Positions 51,383 through 64,000 of a stretch of DNA of 64,000 nucleotides are shown here, in pieces; the stretch's first letter is position 1, and every line of letters begins with the position of its first letter. Location: assembly GCA_964016885.1 (NCBI GenBank), contig OZ024743.1, positions 308,016,001 through 308,080,000 on the forward strand. Reading direction: 5' to 3'. The position numbers were made by a program, and so were the translations under genes. The stretch is from Eledone cirrhosa. Lineage: Eukaryota. The notes under the pieces were generated by a model. The model saw only the letters and a program-made list of their open reading frames with translations, was not told the DNA's origin and made no database searches.

Positions 51383-51770
51383 TAGCGTGGCCCTTAGCAA
51401 TAGGTAATTTTCCGAAAGTTAAAATTTTGCTGCTCCCACAGCGAAAAATAGGTGTTTGCCCTATACATGTGCTCTGTCCCCAGCTTTGCAAGTTGCCTTC
51501 CCCATTGTATTTATTGTCACTTATCCTTCTAATGCCAAAAATAAGTCTGAACAAGTTTTTAATTTAAGAGAAAATTATATAAGAGATAAAAAATGTTTAT
51601 CTGAAAAAACGACATTCTGGGCGAAAACGTCAATTTCACAGTCGATGAGGGTCACCTTGCAGTCGTCTGCTTGAGCTAAAAGTTTGCATAGATTGGTTTT
51701 CTCTTAATTGAAACAAGATAGGTGGGTGGGAGCTAAACTTTTAGAAAGTTGAAAAATAAGGGCCGCCGTA
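51383..51770. mobile_element. Non-autonomous derivative of the 48396 transposon
   Basis: TAGCGTGGCCCTTA ... TAAGGGCCGCCGTA imperfect TIRs; first 55 bp or so match 48396. Confidence 0.65.
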
Positions 51771-52480
51771 ATATATATATATATATATATAAGCAAGGGC
51801 ATTGTTACCTGACCTAACATTGTCCACAACTGGACAACTCATCTAACCCATGCTAGTGTGGAAGGATGGACATAAAATGATATATATATATATATATATA
51901 AATATATATATATAAAGTAAAGTAGATAATATCAGCAATGGAAAGACCAATGAAAACATTGTTTCCTTTGTCAGATTTGATGAGTTCTACCACACTCGGG
52001 AAGCAAATGAGATCGGTTCTTGTTGATTGTTAAAAAAATAAGATAAAGTTAACAACTTTCATGTGATTTTAAATGGCTGCAATACCTCTTCCACAGTCAT
52101 TATTTGAAATATTTCATATTTTTCTGCTTATATATAAAATTACATATTGTGTATAGATGTCATCACCATTTAATATCCATTTTTCCACACTAGCATGGGT
52201 TAGACGAGTTGTCCTGTTGTGAGATAGGCCAGGTCAGATGACAATGTCTTGCTCATTCAGAACTAATTTTGGCTTGGTTTCTACAGCTTGATGCCCTTCC
52301 TAACACCAACCACATTTAGAGTAAGTGGTGGGTGTTTTTGTTGTGACACCTACATGATCACTTTACAGTGTAGGCTAGGCACTTTTTTGTTGTGTCACCT
52401 TTCTTTTTCTACTATCTATATCAACTATTCCCTGTTGCTTCTTTAATTCCAGGTATTGATTGTTATTTCATTAATTCCAG

Positions 52481-52541
52481 GTATTGATTTTAAGATGAGA
52501 ACAGTTAACATGGATAATAAAGTAGCCAAAATCCAAATTTG
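52481..52541 (+). CDS. RAB15: Rab15-like GTPase, coding exon 2 (G-IDFKMRTVNMDNKVAKIQI-W)
   Basis: Acceptor ttccag|, 61 nt, donor TG|GTGAGT; phase-compatible with exon 1; contains IGIDFK and KIQIW Rab-family motifs. Confidence 0.9.
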
Positions 52542-54601
52542 GTGAGTACACTCTATTTGATCTTACTTGACACTTTTGACACTAAACCTCTTTAACTGCC
52601 TGCCCCCCCCCCCCTCCCTCCCACTCCCTGGTTCTTCAATACAAAGATTTATTTTACCATTTATTTTTATCTACTTCATGATGACGCAGTCGGCAACTAA
52701 CCTGTCTACCCACAAGCCCAAGGTCTGTTGAGAAGAGTAAGTAAAACCCCAGCAGTACATAAAAGGGGCAGATAAACTCCTCAGAGTAAACAGCCAATCC
52801 ATCCAACTATGGGTTAAAATAGCCTCACTAACCCACAATTGGCCAAGTGTGGTGAGTATGGCTACACCCTTGACATGACCAAAACCAAACAGAAAGTAGT
52901 GGAGGTAAATCAGGGAGCGGTTCCTCTAACAGGAGTGAGAAGGCTCTGGATTGGATTGGATTGGATTTATATGAAGGCTTCCATCATAATTTTATGTAAG
53001 AACCTTTAAGTTATGTTCTAAACACCAGCTTCATAATGAGAAAGTTAGTTACATAACTAAATCCATCCAAATTCTTGATTATTTTCAAAATTATTTGAAA
53101 ATCATGCGCAGTGTCTTTTATTAGAAGTATGGTGGCAAAAGTGTTATCTTTAGTAAAAATATCATCACCAGCAGTAACAATAATAACAGTATCATCACCA
53201 CTAATATAATCATCATTAACATCATTTTATGTCTGCTTTACATGACTGCATGGTTTGGATGTGTAGTTATAGTCTTAGTCAGTTCTTTATTAGTTTTTTC
53301 CCTCTTGAACAGGTCACAAGACAACACTGTGCTCAGAATATATTTATTTATAATACTGTTTTACATGAAAATAAAAAAAGAGACTCCAGATCTAGAGCCA
53401 TCACCATCACCATCATTATCATCTTTATCACCATTACCACTACCACCACCATCACTATTATCATCATCACGATCACCACCACCATTGTCATCATCACCAC
53501 CACCATCACTATCGTCATCACCACCACAACCACCAATCCCACCACCATCACTACTTCTATTAAGTTTTAATAGATTTAATATTTATAAAGCACCCAGTCC
53601 ACACTGTAATGTGGTTGATGTTAAGAAGGATATCCAGCAGTAGAGACCAACCCTAAAATACAGATCTGTATAAGCATGACATGTCTCATAACATGACGAC
53701 CTGTCAAACCCATGCTAGCAAGGAAAATAGATGTTAAATGATGTTGATGATGATTGCATGATGTTTTTACATTGCTTTCATCAGCCTTCACTCTGTCAGT
53801 TTACAAATGAACCCTTTTCATACCAAATTCTCTGAAACTGATATGTCCTCTAGTTCTATAATACATAACTGTTTCTTTTAAAACCGTTTCTTTTATTTAT
53901 CTAAAAACATTCCATCATGATTTCTTGTAAGAACCTTTAAGTTATGTTCCAAACACCAGCCTAATAATTAGAACATTGGTTTTATCACTAAATTCACCCA
54001 AATTCTTGATATTTTCAAAATCATTTGAAAACTTTAGGCAGTGTCCGTTATTAGAAATATGGTAATTACCAGAAAATGGATGGTATAATGTGGTGGTGGT
54101 GCTTATATTCAAGGTCAATATTTTTACCAATTTCAAAATTCTGTGTAAATGAGGTGCTGAAATATTTTCACTATGGAGGTAAATATTACATTGGTTTCAC
54201 TTTGGAGGTAAATAGTACACTGGTTTCACTCTCAAGGGAAATTCATATTTCTTATTGATTTTTATATGTTTTGAATAAATATGGCCATCAAAACGGTCAG
54301 AAATTAGTAAAATATCATTACATAATGGAGTTGGGGAACAAAAACTATACTATAATCAATACTTAAAACATCATAATATTAAAACTTTAAAAATATATTT
54401 TCCACTCATAAGAATTTCAAAACCACACTACCTAAACATAATGTATTGACTGTTGCCTCCACTTATAAATAGGGCTTAGATTTTTCCCCATTTCTCGGAC
54501 ATAAAATAGGGTCAGCTTAATATTGTAAAGGGTAAATTGTCATCACCCGGTACTTCTTACATGCAGTCAGTAATGTCCTTTGTTTTTCTTCTCTTTTCAA
54601 G

Positions 54602-54662
54602 GGATACAGCAGGCCAGGAGAGATTTGAAGCTATTACTCACCAGTTCTACAGACGTGCTCAG
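54602..54662 (+). CDS. RAB15: Rab15-like GTPase, coding exon 3 (W-DTAGQERFEAITHQFYRRAQ)
   Basis: Polypyrimidine tract and caag| acceptor, 61 nt, donor CAG|GTATAT; G3 motif DTAGQE; in phase with exon 2. Later exons not found in the window. Confidence 0.92.
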
Positions 54663-55039
54663 GTATATACATATTCCTTTCCTTTCTCACATCCCAAATA
54701 TGGTATACTTATTATCATCATTTAACATCTACTTTCCCTGCTAGCAAAGGTTGGATGGGTCTACATAGGCCAAGTTAGCACTGAAGTGGGACTACTGACC
54801 TCTGACAAACTGGGGGGTCTGCATCTCACTTGCATGTGGTCTTACATTCTACCAAGTGCACAGGAGAGGTTGTCATGTCTTTGACACAACTGAAGAGTCT
54901 TCCCAACCCTTTGTTTGGCATGCTTTCTATGGCTGGATGCCCTTTCTATCACAAACCAATTTACCTCTCAGCATAACCTAGTAGTCAGTGACTTGGTAAT
55001 TAGAGCTAGACGAATTTGGAAACAGAGAATAACCTAGAG

Positions 55040-56985
55040 GAGAAGAATATGGAAATTGAAGGAGCCCTCAGCCTGTACAAATTTAGGGATAACTTAGTGC
55101 TTTTGACAATAAGGAAGAAGATATAGAGGAGCAGTTGGAGCTCCTGAGACAATCTACTGAGGGTCACAAATGAGGTATGTGGCTGGAGCAGAAGTTCAAG
55201 GAGTTGGAGAGTGACTTAGTGGTGGAATAGAATGATAGATGAAACAATTATGGCCAAGAGACAGGCATGGAAGGAATGGCAAAATGGGGGTAGCAGAGAG
55301 CTTTATCAAATGGCCAGGAAAGAGGCAAGATGACCAGTATACTTTGCAAGGAGGGAAGCGGAAAGTAAAAAAACTCATACATGTTATGCGGCATGATGAC
55401 CAAAGATGCAAGGTATTCAGGTTTGCAAGGCAGTCTGCCAGGGAAAATAGTGATGTTGTGGGAGAGAAGTGTGTTTGAGATGACAATTGTGCACTTGCTC
55501 TCACTGAAACCAAAAAGAAGGCAGAATGGAAGTGTCATTATGAGGGACTGATAAATGAGGAAAATGTGTGGGAGAAAGATAGCCTGCCCCAGGTGGACCT
55601 TACAGAAGGACCAGTGGTACAAGTCAGCAGCAGTGTAGTAACTAAGGCAATTAGGGTCATGACAACAGACAAAGTAGTGGGGCCATCGGGAATAGATGCT
55701 GAGATGCTGAAGGAAACTGGGATGGTTGGACACACCATAACCACCTATATTGTTAACCAAGTAATACAAAATGGTGTCATAATCAATGACTGGCATAGCA
55801 TCATCATTTAACTGGTGTGCTAGTCAGAGGGAACTATTGTGGCATCAAACTGATGGGCCAGGTAATGAAAGTTACAGAAAGTCGTATAACTGATTAGGGA
55901 TCGAATTAACTTAGATGAGATGCAGTTCAGATTTGTGCAAAGAAAAAAGTACCACAGATGCCCACTTCCTTGTGAGGCAACTGCAAGAGAAGTATCTAGC
56001 TAAAAGCTAACCTTTCTACTTAGCATTTGTTGACCTAGAGAAAGCTTTTGACAGGATTCCCCATTATATAATCTGGTGGGCACTTAGGAAACTAGGAGCA
56101 GAAGAGTGGCTAGTGAGGGCGGAACAAGCCAAGTAAAGAGGTGCTGCCAGCAAGGTTAAAGTTAATAACTATAGCGACGAGTTTAGTGTGCAAGTTGGGA
56201 CCCACCAAGGCTCCATCATTAGCCCTCTCCTGTTTATCCTCCTCCAGACAGAAGAGTTTAAAACAGAATGCTCATAGGAACTCATGTATGCTGATGACCT
56301 AACTCTCATAGCTGAATCTATGACAGAACTAGAGAAAAATTTCTGACCTGGAAGCATAACCTGGAATCAAAAGATCTAAAAGTCAACTTGCCAAAGACCT
56401 AAGTTTAGTAAGTAGTAAGGAAAAAAAGGGCCTGATCTCTTCTGGGAAATGCCCCTGCTTAGTGTGTAGGAAAGGGGTGGATAGAAATTCTATCCTGTTT
56501 CAAATGCAAGCTACGGGTACACATTCATTATCCATTAGTCAAAACCCAGCCAAAATGCGGTCCCACTATGAACAAGGTATGGTACGGCCATGGCCGCACC
56601 ATACCTTGTTCATAGTGGGACCGCATTTTGACTAATGGATGTGTACCCGTAGCTTGCATTTGAAACAGGATAGAATTTCATAGTGGGACCGCCATCTGGC
56701 CACCTTCCTCATAATGGAACCTCCCAGCTCAGAAAAAATATGGTTCTACTATGAGCTAGGTATGGCGCAGCCAATTGACCAGACCTGTCTCATAACAGTT
56801 CCACACTGTAAATGTGGTTGCTGCTAGGAAGGGCATTCAACTGTAAAAAAACGAACCAAAATACAGTTCCATTTCAGAAAGATATGGCATGGCCAACTGG
56901 CCAGACTTATGTCATAACCTGGACGACCCGTTTAACTTATACAAGTGTGGGAAAATAGGCGTTAAACGGTGATGATAATGATGTA
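55040..56985 (+). mobile_element. Old, heavily decayed RTE LINE with an internal fold-back rearrangement
   Basis: Homologous to 21478-24321 (VVGEKCV, DLEKAFD, YADD) with many stops; 3' UTR remnant to about 56985. Confidence 0.8.
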
Positions 56986-57719
56986 TGTATGTGTGTATGT
57001 GTGAATGAATGAATCATCATTTTTGGCATCATTTATCATCTGTTTTCCCTGCCTGCAAAGGTTGTATGGGTTTGTCATAGGCCAAGTAGTATTTAATCAG
57101 AGCTACTGACCTATTCCCACACATTCTTATATTCACTCAACCATGAAGTAGGAAATGACACTTGGGTAATTAAAATAGATAAAATAATAAAATGTTTTGT
57201 CATTTATGGTGTATAAGTTTTGACAAAACATTTCCTATGGTTTCACTTTAAGAAAGTGGAAATTCATTTTTTAAAGTGGCTATTGTTCTGTTTCATATGA
57301 AACAGAATTACTTATTTAATCTGACCTTTTATCTTTTTACCTCAATGCTGTAGCATCACTTTGAAAGGTTTTAGACAGTTATATTGACCATTATTCACCA
57401 GAGAACTCAATACTTAGAGAAGTAGACTATTGCCGTTTCAATTGCTAGTTCCAGTTCTAGCTAGTCTGGAACTGGAACTAGCTGTTAAAATGGCAAGAGC
57501 TCAACTGTCAGTGTCCTGACTCTTTATAATATCAATAATGTATGTATACATGTACATTATATATAATGTATATGTATTTATTTATACACTATATAGATAT
57601 ACACTATGTATGTATAGTGTATCCATATTTATGGTGTATAATATATACATGGTTTATGTATATAATATATAAATGTATATATTTTGTGTATGTGTAGGCG
57701 CCACGGTAAAAAAGCATTT

Positions 57720-63266
<5,547 letters not shown>

Positions 63267-63512
63267 GCCAAAACACTAAGTATCAAAGTAGTATTAAGCA
63301 AGTAATAAGAAACTTAAAATGATATACATTAGATTAGATGGTTAAATAAATATTTTAGCACCAATCTTGGTTGAAAAGCTGGAATTTACATTTAACTAAT
63401 ACCGGTTTCAGTATGCACAATGACAACGTTTTTCACAAACATAATTTGGCACCAAAGACATTGTAACAGACTAATGGTTGCTCAATTGCGAAAAACAAGT
63501 AACAACTATTAA

Positions 63513-63730
63513 CCCTTGGTAACAAACCGCCTGAGACCGCTCCTGGTTCTACAATATAAGACAGTTTTTATGTGTTTATATTTACCTAAAAATCTTCCCT
63601 CATAATTTGCTAAGTTATGTTCAAAACAATGAGAAAGTTATATTACCAACTTTTTCTAAATTCTTGATTATTTTCAACATTATTTGTAAATCATAGGCAG
63701 TGTCTCATTAGAAATATAGTTACCAAAGGG
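63513..63730 (+). mobile_element. piggyBac-like MITE family member
   Basis: TTAA|CCCTT ... AAGGG|TTAA; diverged relatives near 1725, 4005, 39510-40000, 52970 and 53810. Confidence 0.6.
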
Positions 63731-64000
63731 TTAAAGAATGCAAATGAGCACTGTAGAAAGAAAAGTTTGGCAAAGCAGTAAGATAGTTTTTTTGGGGGGG
63801 GGGGGGGGGTAGAAGTGATGTCTTTTCTGTTGTTTGAAAAAGCAAACAGACAAAACAACAACAAACATCGCCAAGAATAATGAAATTTGGAACACAAACA
63901 ATATTCAAAGATATATGGATTGACTGAAATATATATTCAAGGAAGTTGAAAACTAAGAGGAAAATACTGAACAGAAGAGACTGAGCAAAAGAAAAACACT

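Overview
Eukaryotic, AT-rich, repeat-dense genomic DNA. The microsatellite load and the SINE/RTE repertoire suggest a coleoid cephalopod such as Octopus (inference, not verified). One host gene is visible: a plus-strand Rab15-like (Rab8/10/13/15 group) small GTPase. Its first three coding exons are 13394-13517, 52481-52541 and 54602-54662 (124/61/61 nt) and join in frame; the first coding intron is about 39 kb and later exons were not found in the window. The introns hold RTE LINEs with a PHD-type finger that sit in (TA)n arrays, and a full-length Ty3/Gypsy element nested in one RTE (281-bp LTRs, GAATC TSD, -1 frameshift signal). They also hold a GC-rich RTE with a 14-bp TSD, two kinds of Penelope-like remnants each next to a hammerhead-ribozyme-like fold, Helitron and hAT-like fragments, tRNA-derived SINEs, MITEs, minisatellites and a 5.5-kb TA array with a 200-N gap; a CR1 fragment lies upstream of the gene. 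Most notable: the hammerhead motifs, a duplicated splice acceptor creating a 28-nt GT-AG segment, a recurrent 26-nt-plus-tail mini-retroposon, and a young 196-bp fold-back. No prokaryotic systems such as CRISPR are present. All alignments were done by eye.
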